A stretch of DNA of 64,000 bases, from IMG/VR virus record IMGVR_UViG_3300009790_000004, positions 32,001 through 96,000 of that record; one strand, written 5' to 3'. The translations under genes and the position numbers were made by a program. How positions within the stretch are numbered: the first letter of the stretch is position 1; the number at the start of each line of letters is the position of its first letter. The notes below the pieces were generated by a model that was not told the DNA's origin, did no database searches, and worked only from the letters and a program-made list of their open reading frames with translations. The DNA comes from a virus. This document shows positions 18,505 through 28,963 of the stretch, piece by piece.

Positions 18505-21500
18505 ATGCCACTTAATAAGTTAGAGAATTTTATCAAGAATACTGAGGGTAAGATTCTCTATGTAAATCCAAATGATTTGGATGCAACAGACAGTATTACT
18601 AATCAGGGTAATTCCCTGACGAAACCCTTTAGGACTATTCAGAGAGCACTACTAGAGTCTGCTCGGTTCTCCTATCAGACTGGATTCGATAACGATATAA
18701 ACGATAAGACTACTATACTATTATTTCCTGGTGATCACTATGTAGATAACAGACCAGGATTTGCTATTAAGAAAGATCCAAGCGATCCTACAAGGGCAGT
18801 TGGCATATCTCCCTTAGGTTCTCAGACACTTGCTACTGCTGAATTTGGATTAGATTTATCTTCAGAATTTGATCTTACTGTAGAAAATAATATACTTTAT
18901 AGATTCAACTCAGTACATGGTGGAATTATAGTACCTCGTGGTACTTCTATTGTAGGTCTGGACTTAAGAAAGACTAAGGTATATCCTTTATATGTACCTA
19001 ACCCTACAGATGAGGATGTTCCTAATACATCTCTGTTTAGAATAACTGGTAACTGCTATTTCTGGCAGTTCTCTATGTTTGATGGTAAGGGTGATCGTTT
19101 AGTATATACTGATCATCAACAATTTAATGATGATAACAGATCATTCCCAATATTCTCTCACCACAAATTAACATGCTTTGAGTATGCTGATGGTATTAAT
19201 GATGTTAAGGGATATGAGGCTACTGACCTTAGCATGTATTACTATAAGCTAAGTTATGCTTATCAGGAACCAACAGGTCGTGCTGTTACATATGAATGGC
19301 CAGACAATGAAGGAGATTTTGATACAGTTCGTCCAGAGTATGAGATTGTTGGTGCTTTAGGAAGTGATCCTTTAGAAATTGCAAGTATTATCTCTGGTGA
19401 TGGTAACACTGCTACATCTCAAGTTACTGTAACTACTCAGCAACCACATAAGTTGAGTGAAGGTACTCCAATTAAGATTAGTGGAGTTAATGTATCACAA
19501 TATAATATTTCTACTATTGTACAGTCTATTGTAAATGCTACTACATTTACATACACACTATCAACATTCCCTAATAATTTACCAGCTACACCATCTAATA
19601 TTGCCAATGCAGTAGCAACAATTGAATCTGATACTGTTACTGGTGCATCTCCTTATATCTTTAACTGTTCATTGAGATCAGTATATGGTATGCAGGGTAT
19701 GATTTGTGACGGTTCAGTAGCTACTGGTTTCCGTTCAATGGTTGTTGCCCAGTTTACTGGTATCTCACTACAGAAAGATGACAGGGCATTTGTTAAGTAT
19801 AATCCAGAATCGAGATTGTATGAAGGAATTACATATCAAAAAGTTACTGGTGCAGATTTAAGTGCTCAGTCTTCTTCTACTAATGCTGCAACTGTTTATC
19901 ACTTAGATTCTGGTGCAGTTTATAGACAAGGGTGGGAACAAACTCATGTTACTATCAGAGATAATGCTGTTGTACAGATAGTTTCTGTGTTCGCTATTGG
20001 TTATAATGCTCATTTCTTAGGTTTAAGTGGTGCTGACGCATCTATTACTAACTCTAACTCCAACTTCGGACAATTTGCTTTAGTTGGTGATGGATTTAGA
20101 CCTGATGCATTCCCAAGAGATGACCAAGGATATATTACACATATTACTACTCCTCAATCTGTAGATACATCTGCTGCAAAAATTGATAGTGTCAGTTTCT
20201 ATCAGTTAGATGTTGATAAGACTAAACAAGTAGGATTATCAAGTCACTTATACATCTTCTCCTTTGATAAGGAAGATGATCCCCCTCTAAGTTTATCTCA
20301 GGGATTCAGAGTTGGTGCTAGGCACGATGAAAAATTATATGTTTCTATTGGAACAACAGATTATACTGCTAATGTCTTAATGCTTGAGAACAAGCTAGAG
20401 ACTTCTGGTATTAATACTGCTGCTCTTGGTAGCCAAAATGCTGTTAAGAAGAGTAAGGCAACAACACCTAATACATTATTCCAGATGACCGTTGATACTA
20501 TCGGTCTAGTTACTGGTGAAAAGATAAGAATCTTTAGTGATGATGGTGACTTACCTGAGAACATTGAATTTAATAAGATATACTATGCTATTGTAGTATC
20601 TGCTACTAATATTAAGATTGCGTCAACATTCTCCAACGCTATTAATGATGTTCCTATTGAAATATATGGTGGTACTAAACTTAGAGTTGAAAGTAGAGTA
20701 TCTGATAAGGAAAGTAATGATATTGGACATCCTATTCAGTGGGATGCTACGCAAAGTAGGTGGTTTATTCATGTTGACACAAACAATGGAGTATATCCAC
20801 AGATACAATCTAATGCTAATTTGATTGGTGTTACTGGTACAAACATAGCACAAATCAAGAGGTATGAAGATAAGAGATCTATTGAGGATAAACTCTATAA
20901 GATCCGTTATGTTATTCCTAAGGAAGCAACTAACTCAAGAGATCCTGTTGATGGATTCATATTACAGAGTTCTTCATTAGCAGGATATGCTAAGACTTCT
21001 GATCCTTCTGCTACAACTATTACTGTTGGTGATAATAACTTCTCTAGAAATCCTGGATTTATTGCATTTGTTAGTGAGTCCTCTAGTGTAGTAACTGTTA
21101 GAACTGAGCAGAAGCATAATGTAGAAGTTGGTGACATTGTTAGGGTACAGGATGTTAAGGATTCTAATAATACTTCTGGTGCTGATGGTGTAGGATACAA
21201 TGGATTCTTTGAGGTAACTGCTCTTATTGATGCTTATCAATTTGCACATGGAACCACTGATATTAATGGCGTTGAAAGAAACACTGGTACATTTGTAGAT
21301 ACTACTAATAGTAGAAATCTATTCCAACCAAGATTCTCTATCAATGACAATAAGAAGAACTTTAATGTTTATCGTGTTAATGTAGTAGAACCTTATGTTT
21401 CTGGTGCAAATGATGGTGTCTATGTCTTAGATTTATTGAGTTGTGATTATGCACCACCTCAAGAGTTTACTAGTAAGAAGTATAAGCAGAATGTTACTTA

Positions 21501-23751
21501 TCTGTATCCACAACAGGATAGAGATAATATTGTAGAGAATTCTCCTGCTGCTGTATCATTTGCTCGTAGAGAACCATTAGGAAAAGTTGATCTTAATGCT
21601 TTAAGTAATTCTCTAACCAGAGAAACACTTGATAAGTTTAATAAGACATTTAATATTGGTTATGGTATTTCAGCAGTCAGTGAAGTATCTGCTGGTGTAT
21701 GTACGATTACATTTGATAATCAGCATGACTTTAATGGACTTGCTACTCATGAGAATCTAGTAACTAGTGTTGGATATGCTGTAACTACAGAGTATAATAC
21801 TAGGTTACTTAATGGTGGTAATTGGGATGGTGCAACTGCAACTGTAACAGTTGGTGTTGGATCTACTACTATCACTGGATTTGAAGTATTCTCACCTGGA
21901 TCTGGATTCCAAGGTGGTGAGACATTAACTCTTGAAGGATTCTCTGGAGCAAGTATTGGAGTTCCTACATCTGGTATTTCTAATGCTGTTGGTGATGTTG
22001 TTGCTATTACTGGAATTGGAACTACATCTGATGGATTGTTTAGAATAACATCTGTACCTAATAAGAATAGTATTGCTATTGCTGTAACTGCTGGTGATCC
22101 TATTGCTATTGAAGGACAATATCTATTCAGAAGTGGTCCTTCTGTTTCTATTGCTTCTACTCATTTTGATATTACAACTGGTATAACAACTATTACTACA
22201 TCTACTCCTCATGGTTTGAGGAAGGGATCTAAGTTTAGGGTTGTTGATACTAATAGTAATAAGATAGGTGAATATCTAGTATCAACTATTGCAGGAATTA
22301 ATACATTCACTACTACAACTGTTAGTGATATTAATTATGCTGCTGGTCACAAACTATATCAACAGACATATGCTGCACACAATCAATCAGTAGAAATTAG
22401 TGAAGCTATTGGTTCAAGATACCAAAACTTATATGCAGGTGAGACCGCAACACTTAAAGAAGCAGTTACTAACCTTTCTACTACAATTAGGGTTCAAGTT
22501 CCTAATTCTGGTATTGGTACTGATCTAAGATTTAAATTAGGTGAGTACATTGAAATAGACAAGGAGATTGTAAGGGTTTCAGAGCAAGGACTCGTAGGTG
22601 CTGGTAACGACTCTCTTAATGTTATTAGAGGTGTTCTTGGTACATTACCTGCTCCTCATGTTAGTGGTGCATTAATTAGAAAAGTAAATGCTCTCGCTGT
22701 TGAGATGCGTAGACCATCTATTCTTCGTGCATCTGGTCACACATTTGAATATCTTGGTTATGGTCCAGGTAACTATTCAACTGGTTTACCTCAGGTACAA
22801 AACAGAACTCTATCAGATGATGAAGAGTATCTAGCACAGGCACAAGAAAGATCTGCTGGTGTTGTTGTTTATACTGGTTTGAATAACGAGGGTGATTTCT
22901 ACATTGGTAATAAGAGGATCTCTTCTTCCAGTGGTAAAGAAACATCATTTGGTATTCCTATTCCTAGTGTTACTGGTGAGGCAGTATCTACCAACTCTGT
23001 AGTATTTGATGAAGTTATTGTTCGTCAAAGAATCATTGTTGAAGGTGGTCCTCAGCAAAATATATTATCTCAGTTTGATGGTCCTGTAGCATTCTCTAAT
23101 GATGTTAGTTTCACTGATGATATGGTCACAAGTGGTACTGTAGAATTAGGTGGAACTATTGATATTACTGGTACATTCCCTAGCGGTGCTAAGTTGAACT
23201 GTGTTATTGTTGGTGTTGGTACTAATAAATCTGAAATTACTACTGATCCTGCATGTTCATCTGATCTTGTACTTAATGCTGCTCCTGGTTTCTCTGTTGC
23301 TATTGCAACTGATACAAGATATACTGCTGATGTAGTATTTGATAATCAGGTTACATTTAATGGATTTACATCATTCACTCAGAATGTTTACTCAACTGCT
23401 GGATTCGTCACATTCTGTGGTGGTCCTCTACATTGCTGTGATGATATTGTCGCATTCTATGGTCAATCATCTGATGCTACATTAAAAGATAATATTGCTA
23501 CATTAGATAATCCACTTGAAAAAGTAATGCAGATTCGTGGTACTGAGTTTGATTGGAAGGATGGTAATCCTAACTATCAAGGACATGACATTGGAGTTAT
23601 CGCTCAAGATGTCGAATCAGTGTTACCTGATGCAGTATCTACAAAACCAGACGGAACTAAAGGCGTTCATTACAACAAATTAATTCCTCTACTTATTGAA
23701 GCAGTCAAGGATCTTTCCAAACAGGTGGATGATCTGAGCTCAGATAAATAA
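18505..23751 (+). CDS. Large tail fibre/spike protein with C-terminal peptidase S74 intramolecular chaperone
   Basis: N-terminal LYVNPNDLDATD..GNSLTKPFRTIQRAL; C-terminal SDATLKDNI...FDWK...IGVIAQDVE...VHYNKLIPLLIEAVKDL. Confidence 0.8.
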   Translation: MPLNKLENFIKNTEGKILYVNPNDLDATDSITNQGNSLTKPFRTIQRALLESARFSYQTGFDNDINDKTTILLFPGDHYVDNRPGFAIKKDPSDPTRAVGISPLGSQTLATAEFGLDLSSEFDLTVENNILYRFNSVHGGIIVPRGTSIVGLDLRKTKVYPLYVPNPTDEDVPNTSLFRITGNCYFWQFSMFDGKGDRLVYTDHQQFNDDNRSFPIFSHHKLTCFEYADGINDVKGYEATDLSMYYYKLSYAYQEPTGRAVTYEWPDNEGDFDTVRPEYEIVGALGSDPLEIASIISGDGNTATSQVTVTTQQPHKLSEGTPIKISGVNVSQYNISTIVQSIVNATTFTYTLSTFPNNLPATPSNIANAVATIESDTVTGASPYIFNCSLRSVYGMQGMICDGSVATGFRSMVVAQFTGISLQKDDRAFVKYNPESRLYEGITYQKVTGADLSAQSSSTNAATVYHLDSGAVYRQGWEQTHVTIRDNAVVQIVSVFAIGYNAHFLGLSGADASITNSNSNFGQFALVGDGFRPDAFPRDDQGYITHITTPQSVDTSAAKIDSVSFYQLDVDKTKQVGLSSHLYIFSFDKEDDPPLSLSQGFRVGARHDEKLYVSIGTTDYTANVLMLENKLETSGINTAALGSQNAVKKSKATTPNTLFQMTVDTIGLVTGEKIRIFSDDGDLPENIEFNKIYYAIVVSATNIKIASTFSNAINDVPIEIYGGTKLRVESRVSDKESNDIGHPIQWDATQSRWFIHVDTNNGVYPQIQSNANLIGVTGTNIAQIKRYEDKRSIEDKLYKIRYVIPKEATNSRDPVDGFILQSSSLAGYAKTSDPSATTITVGDNNFSRNPGFIAFVSESSSVVTVRTEQKHNVEVGDIVRVQDVKDSNNTSGADGVGYNGFFEVTALIDAYQFAHGTTDINGVERNTGTFVDTTNSRNLFQPRFSINDNKKNFNVYRVNVVEPYVSGANDGVYVLDLLSCDYAPPQEFTSKKYKQNVTYLYPQQDRDNIVENSPAAVSFARREPLGKVDLNALSNSLTRETLDKFNKTFNIGYGISAVSEVSAGVCTITFDNQHDFNGLATHENLVTSVGYAVTTEYNTRLLNGGNWDGATATVTVGVGSTTITGFEVFSPGSGFQGGETLTLEGFSGASIGVPTSGISNAVGDVVAITGIGTTSDGLFRITSVPNKNSIAIAVTAGDPIAIEGQYLFRSGPSVSIASTHFDITTGITTITTSTPHGLRKGSKFRVVDTNSNKIGEYLVSTIAGINTFTTTTVSDINYAAGHKLYQQTYAAHNQSVEISEAIGSRYQNLYAGETATLKEAVTNLSTTIRVQVPNSGIGTDLRFKLGEYIEIDKEIVRVSEQGLVGAGNDSLNVIRGVLGTLPAPHVSGALIRKVNALAVEMRRPSILRASGHTFEYLGYGPGNYSTGLPQVQNRTLSDDEEYLAQAQERSAGVVVYTGLNNEGDFYIGNKRISSSSGKETSFGIPIPSVTGEAVSTNSVVFDEVIVRQRIIVEGGPQQNILSQFDGPVAFSNDVSFTDDMVTSGTVELGGTIDITGTFPSGAKLNCVIVGVGTNKSEITTDPACSSDLVLNAAPGFSVAIATDTRYTADVVFDNQVTFNGFTSFTQNVYSTAGFVTFCGGPLHCCDDIVAFYGQSSDATLKDNIATLDNPLEKVMQIRGTEFDWKDGNPNYQGHDIGVIAQDVESVLPDAVSTKPDGTKGVHYNKLIPLLIEAVKDLSKQVDDLSSDK
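23744..23750 (+). promoter_or_regulatory. Late promoter ATAAATA
   Basis: About 27 nt upstream of the 23778 start. Confidence 0.5.
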
Positions 23752-23777
23752 TAAAAAGGTCTCCTTAGCATAAGATA

Positions 23778-26579
23778 ATGCCTACCAATTATAAGACTAT
23801 CATTAACTTTAGAGATGGTATCCAGGTCGATGCCAATGATCTGATCTCTAACAATGGACTGGTAGGTATCGGGACCACCATTCCAAGACAAGAACTTGAT
23901 GTCCGAGGATCAATGATCGTTGAAGATCAAACTGATCTCAGACATTTGAATGTTGTTGGACAATCTACATTTTATGGTAATGTTAATCTTGGTGTTGGAT
24001 ACTCGGTAGGTATAGGAACTACAATTCCTGAAGCAACATTCCAAGTTGGTGTAGGAACTACAGGATTTACGGTTGATTCTAATGGTAATGTAACTGCTGT
24101 ATTATTCACTGGTTCTGGTGCTAATTTAACTGATCTTCCTACTGCTGTATGGAGTAATCCTGATCCTGGTGTTGGTAGTACGATTAATGCTTTCAGACCT
24201 GTTGGAATTTACACTACATTACCTCAAGCAGACTTTACTGTTGGTGATGTAATTGCATTTGATGCTATTAGTGGTGTAGGTACATTTGAACAAGTATCTG
24301 CTAAGAAATTGAACCTGACTGGTAATGCCATGCAGGGTAATATTGATATGGTTGGATCTATTGTAGGTCTTCAATCAATTACTAATGCTAGTGGTATATG
24401 TCAATTTGCTGGTGTTGGTTCGTTTAATGGATTAAATGTTGCATCTGGTGTTATAACTGCAACTGCTGATCGTATGGTAATTAAAGGAGATAGTAAGACT
24501 ATTGACTTTAATCAAGATTTTGTAAATGCTGATAAGAGAGTTGGTGTAAGATTTATTGAGACTTCTACTGGTTCAGGTATTGATGATAAGGTTGTTAGTC
24601 AGATATTATATAATGGTGGAGTAACTGGTACTGGTGGTACTGAGAGTGGACAGATAGAAATATGGGGTGATAATGGTACTGATAATGTTCCCAGAGTAAT
24701 AATAACAAGGGAAGCAAATGTAGGTATTGGTACATCAAGATCAAGAGGATTTAATTTAGATGTAGTTGGAACTGGTACAGTCACAGGTACTCTTGGTGCT
24801 GCTGGTGGATTCCTTGGTAATCTAGTTGGTGATATTGATGGAGTTGCTACAGTAGCAGCAGGATTAACGAACAGTCCAGATATTACGATAGATGAGTTAA
24901 ATTCTCTTGGTATTAATAGTATATTCATTAGAAATACTGGTGTATCTACATTTGGTGGAGAACTTAAGGTAGGTAATTTCCTTGGTGTTGGTGATACTAC
25001 ATCTACTCTTAATAAGGGTATGGGTGTTATTGGTGGTGCTGATTTCTCAGGTGGTGGTTCATTTGGTGGTGACTTAACAGTTCAAGGAGATTTATCTATT
25101 GGTGGTACATTTGGTGGATCTGTAAGTATTCAGGATGTTACTGCTGGTGAGATTATTGCTACAGGTATTATTTCAGGTACTACATCATCTAGTGCTGTAC
25201 TACATGATACAACAATAACAGGTAATGTAACTCAGGTAGCAGGTAAGAATTTCGCAGTTGGTCAGAATCTTGCCATTGGTGGAACAACTACATTTGGACC
25301 TCAAATAAACTTTGGTGATGCAACTACTGTAGTATCTGCTGCTGGAACACTTAATGCTAATTTGAGTGGTATTATTACAACGACTAAGATTGATGTTGGT
25401 GATATTACTATTACTGGTGACTTATCATATACTGGTGGAAGTATAGCAACATTTGGACAGATATTATTAGATGGTCCTGCTGGATTTGTATCTTGCAAAT
25501 CTCTTGACGCATCTACAGGTATTATTAGTTGTACAGGATTAGACGCTAGAACTGGTCAGATTACTGGTGGTGGAATGAACCTAACAGGTCCAACCACATC
25601 AAATAACTACTTTAGATCAACTGCTGGTGTATCATCATTCTTTGATGTTGATATAACTGGAGGTACTAATAGTAATCTTAGGTTAACAAGACTAGGATTC
25701 AATACTGCTTTATCTGATCTAGGTATTACTGAAGGTATTGCTCTCTGGGATAATGCTGAGATATTTGTTAAGGATTCTCCTGCTGGTGGTATTGGAATTG
25801 GAACTACAGCAGGTAAGAGATCTACTAATGTTGGATTATATGTTGGATATGGAAGAGATGCTTCAGGTAACTTTATCAATGGAGAAGCAGTATTTGAAGG
25901 TGGTGTAGGTATTGGTACTAAGGTTGGATGTGATAATGGCAACCAATTAGAAATATACAAAGAGACTACATTCCATTCATGGCATACAGGTCTAGGTGGT
26001 ACTGATGCTGGTCCTGCTCGTATTGGAATTGAGACTAACAGACCACGCACAACTCTTGACTTAGGATTTGTTACTAGTGGATTCTTGAGACTACCATCAT
26101 ATTACAATGGTGATCCTGGATCTACAATGCCAAGTACCACACTTGAAGATCGTGGTTGTATATTCTATGATACAAATAGCAATACACTTCAGGTTCGTGA
26201 GAATAATGGTAATTGGGTTGGACTTGCAACTGTATTATCATTCATTAATGATCCAGGAATATATGTTGAGGAACTTGGATTCTTGGGTGGTGTGCTAACT
26301 GACTCTACACGATCTAATGCTGAAGCAAATGTACATAATATTATTCAACCTTGGGATGAAGTAGGTAACCAGTCAATTGGTTGGGGTACTGCTCATATGT
26401 GGTACAACAAAGATTATAATAAGCACCAGTATAAGACTAATCAAGGAAGTAATAACTCCTACTATAGATCATATGTTTCTACAGGAACATCTGCTATAGA
26501 TATTGAACTAGATAGTGGTGGAACTAAAGTTTATATTACTGTTCCTGGAATCGGTTCATGTACATTTACTCTCGTTTGA
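23778..26579 (+). CDS. Tail fibre protein
   Basis: Repeated VGIGTT motifs; Gly/Thr-rich beta repeats. Confidence 0.75.
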   Translation: MPTNYKTIINFRDGIQVDANDLISNNGLVGIGTTIPRQELDVRGSMIVEDQTDLRHLNVVGQSTFYGNVNLGVGYSVGIGTTIPEATFQVGVGTTGFTVDSNGNVTAVLFTGSGANLTDLPTAVWSNPDPGVGSTINAFRPVGIYTTLPQADFTVGDVIAFDAISGVGTFEQVSAKKLNLTGNAMQGNIDMVGSIVGLQSITNASGICQFAGVGSFNGLNVASGVITATADRMVIKGDSKTIDFNQDFVNADKRVGVRFIETSTGSGIDDKVVSQILYNGGVTGTGGTESGQIEIWGDNGTDNVPRVIITREANVGIGTSRSRGFNLDVVGTGTVTGTLGAAGGFLGNLVGDIDGVATVAAGLTNSPDITIDELNSLGINSIFIRNTGVSTFGGELKVGNFLGVGDTTSTLNKGMGVIGGADFSGGGSFGGDLTVQGDLSIGGTFGGSVSIQDVTAGEIIATGIISGTTSSSAVLHDTTITGNVTQVAGKNFAVGQNLAIGGTTTFGPQINFGDATTVVSAAGTLNANLSGIITTTKIDVGDITITGDLSYTGGSIATFGQILLDGPAGFVSCKSLDASTGIISCTGLDARTGQITGGGMNLTGPTTSNNYFRSTAGVSSFFDVDITGGTNSNLRLTRLGFNTALSDLGITEGIALWDNAEIFVKDSPAGGIGIGTTAGKRSTNVGLYVGYGRDASGNFINGEAVFEGGVGIGTKVGCDNGNQLEIYKETTFHSWHTGLGGTDAGPARIGIETNRPRTTLDLGFVTSGFLRLPSYYNGDPGSTMPSTTLEDRGCIFYDTNSNTLQVRENNGNWVGLATVLSFINDPGIYVEELGFLGGVLTDSTRSNAEANVHNIIQPWDEVGNQSIGWGTAHMWYNKDYNKHQYKTNQGSNNSYYRSYVSTGTSAIDIELDSGGTKVYITVPGIGSCTFTLV

Positions 26580-26585
26580 TAGACA

Positions 26586-28292
26586 ATGGCAGCAAATAAT
26601 TGGAGCAAGACAACTCAACAGTTATTAACTGGTACACCAGGCACACAGATTTCATTTGGTGAGATTCGTGCTGCTATAGGTGATACTAGCAAACCTCTGT
26701 CTGCTTCTGAATTACATAGACAGACGGATCTTGATGCACCATATGATTTTAGTCAAGGTAAATACCCATCATCAACACCAACTCCACATTTACCTTATGT
26801 TTTAGATTCTACTGAAAATGCTAATGTTCCTACTAGTGGTGCAATAACACCACAAGATGTTAGAGGGGTTATTAAAGAATATGTTATTGAACAGGATGCG
26901 ATGTCAGAGGAGGAGAATTTTAATGTTACTTCTCTTAGTAGTCCTACAACTCCTAGCGTTAATGCTAATTGGAACTCAAATTTAAATAAGAATATAACAA
27001 AGTATCTTAAGATCAAGGGTAGACTTGTTAGTAATTCAATATCAACTCCTGCTGGTACTGCTGATGCACCATCGTCTAACTTAAATGTATATGTAAAAAA
27101 TGCTCCTGCATCTTATGGTGTATATGGTGCTGGTGGTGCTATCAATCAACCAGGCGGACATGCTCTTTCTATTAGTCAACCAGCAGGTCCAGCAATTAGG
27201 AAAGTATTTGTAGAGTGTGAAGGGTCAGATGCTAGGATATATGGCGGTGGAGGAGGTGGTAAGCATGGTGTTGATGGATCGGATGGTTCGCCTGGTAGTG
27301 GAGCAACATCGGGGTCTCCTGGGTCTCCTGGCGGTGGTGGATCAAACGGTAGTCCTGGATCCAATGGATCATCAGGATCTGGTGGAGGCAATGGTTCGCC
27401 TGGATCTCCTGGATCATGGGGATCTCCTGGTATGCAGAGGAGTACATTCCAGCAAAGACAGACTGTACAGAACAGAACAACTAATCAGAGTAGACGAACT
27501 CGTCGTAAGAGATATGGTGGTTGGCCCCGTAGTCGTCGTGGAGGTAAGCAAGAGAGACTATCAACACAAGCAACAAGTAGTGGACAATCAAGAACAACAT
27601 CACAATATAAAGTAGCATGTTTCGGTGGATCTGGTGGTTCAGGTGGTAGCGGTGGATCAGGAGGATCTGGCGGTGGCGGTGGATCAGGAGGATCTGGTGG
27701 ATCAGGTGGTGGAGGAGGTTCAGGAGGATCTGGTGGTCCTGGTGGATACTCTGGAACTGGTGGAGTAAAAGGATATGCTGGTGTTGCTGCTCCTGGTCGT
27801 GGTTGGAATTATAAAACTGGTAACATAGCAGGAACATCTGGAACTCCAGGAACCCCAGGCACTCCTGGCGGTGGTGGTGGACCTGGCACACCTGGAACTC
27901 CTGGAGGTGGAGGACAACCTGGAACTCCAGGCACTCCTGGAGGTGGAGGAGGATCTGGTGGTTCTGGAACTCCTGGAACTCCTGGCGGTTCAGCGAGTTG
28001 TGGTGCAGCATCGCCTGGAACTCCTGGCACACCTGGAACTCCTGGAGGTGGTGGATCAAGTGGATCTGATGGGCAACCTGGGCAACCTGGCGGTGGTGGA
28101 TCTCCTGGAACACCTGGAACTCCAGGTAATGCAGGAACTCCTGGGCAACCTGGCGGACCTGGGCAACCTGGCGGACCTGGCGGTGACTGGGGTGAAGCAG
28201 GTGGTAACAGTGGTGGTGCTGCTGGTCGTGCAGTTAGTGGTAGTAAATATCAAGTCATACCAAACAACGGAGATATTAAGATCATCTACTAA
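26586..28292 (+). CDS. Gly-rich fibre-tip/adhesin-like protein (collagen-like or polyglycine-II)
   Basis: IYGGGGGG followed by long G-X-X repeats (GTPGTPG, GSGGSGG) and GGDWG...GGAAG; follows the fibre genes. Confidence 0.7.
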   Translation: MAANNWSKTTQQLLTGTPGTQISFGEIRAAIGDTSKPLSASELHRQTDLDAPYDFSQGKYPSSTPTPHLPYVLDSTENANVPTSGAITPQDVRGVIKEYVIEQDAMSEEENFNVTSLSSPTTPSVNANWNSNLNKNITKYLKIKGRLVSNSISTPAGTADAPSSNLNVYVKNAPASYGVYGAGGAINQPGGHALSISQPAGPAIRKVFVECEGSDARIYGGGGGGKHGVDGSDGSPGSGATSGSPGSPGGGGSNGSPGSNGSSGSGGGNGSPGSPGSWGSPGMQRSTFQQRQTVQNRTTNQSRRTRRKRYGGWPRSRRGGKQERLSTQATSSGQSRTTSQYKVACFGGSGGSGGSGGSGGSGGGGGSGGSGGSGGGGGSGGSGGPGGYSGTGGVKGYAGVAAPGRGWNYKTGNIAGTSGTPGTPGTPGGGGGPGTPGTPGGGGQPGTPGTPGGGGGSGGSGTPGTPGGSASCGAASPGTPGTPGTPGGGGSSGSDGQPGQPGGGGSPGTPGTPGNAGTPGQPGGPGQPGGPGGDWGEAGGNSGGAAGRAVSGSKYQVIPNNGDIKIIY

Positions 28293-28300
28293 ATTTCGTT

Positions 28301-28900
28301 ATGTCAATTTATTCTTTGAGTCCTTCTCCTAATTTTCATGGAGAGACAACATATCAGACATGGGAAGATGGATTCACCTCAGATGAATGTGATCGTATCA
28401 TTAAATATGGTGAATCTCTTAATCCAAGACCTGCTACTGTTGGTAATGATAGTGATACCAATGTAGTTGATAATATTCGTACATCTAAAACTTCTTGGAT
28501 AGACTGTAATAATGACACAAAATGGTTGTATGAGCGTCTAGGTAATATACTAAGAGTAGTTAATGGTATGTTCTGGAAGTTTGATATCCGTGGATTTCAT
28601 GAACATATACAATATACTGTGTATGAAGGAGATTCTAAAGGATTTTATAGGTGGCATGTAGATAATAATATGCAGTCTGATGTACCACCAAGAAAGTTGA
28701 GTATGACTGTACAATTATCTGATCCTAGTGACTATACTGGTGGAGAATTGCAATTACATAGTGGTGAAGTACAAACAGCAGTAAATAATAGAGGACATAT
28801 TATATTATTTCCTAGCTATGTTCTACATAGGGTACAACCTGTCACTTCTGGTATACGCAGAAGTTTGGTAGTCTGGGCAAATGGTCCTGGATTCAAGTGA
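28301..28900 (+). CDS. 2OG-Fe(II) hydroxylase (PKHD / prolyl-4-hydroxylase-like)
   Basis: IRTS, QYTVY, WHVD (HxD), RKLSMTVQLSDPSDYTGGEL, FPSYVLHRVQPVTSGIRRSLVVW. Confidence 0.85.
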   Translation: MSIYSLSPSPNFHGETTYQTWEDGFTSDECDRIIKYGESLNPRPATVGNDSDTNVVDNIRTSKTSWIDCNNDTKWLYERLGNILRVVNGMFWKFDIRGFHEHIQYTVYEGDSKGFYRWHVDNNMQSDVPPRKLSMTVQLSDPSDYTGGELQLHSGEVQTAVNNRGHIILFPSYVLHRVQPVTSGIRRSLVVWANGPGFK

Positions 28901-28902
28901 CA

Positions 28903-28957
28903 GACAGTGAAATAAGTGTCCATTCCACCCCATTCTGAGGTCAAGATCGTGTATAAT
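28903..28957 (+). promoter_or_regulatory. Palindrome + -10 cassette, copy 1 (predicted leaderless transcript)
   Basis: GACAGT-gaaata-AGTGTC (28903-20), 31 nt, TATAAT (28952-57), ATG at 28964. Confidence 0.7.
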
Positions 28958-28963
28958 AGAAGT

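Noticed and set aside
27260-28210. Short tandem repeats (GGAACTCCT, CCTGGCGG) that might look like a CRISPR or guide array
   Set aside because: They are in-frame, codon-degenerate Gly-Thr-Pro/Gly-Ser repeats with no constant repeat and unique spacer structure
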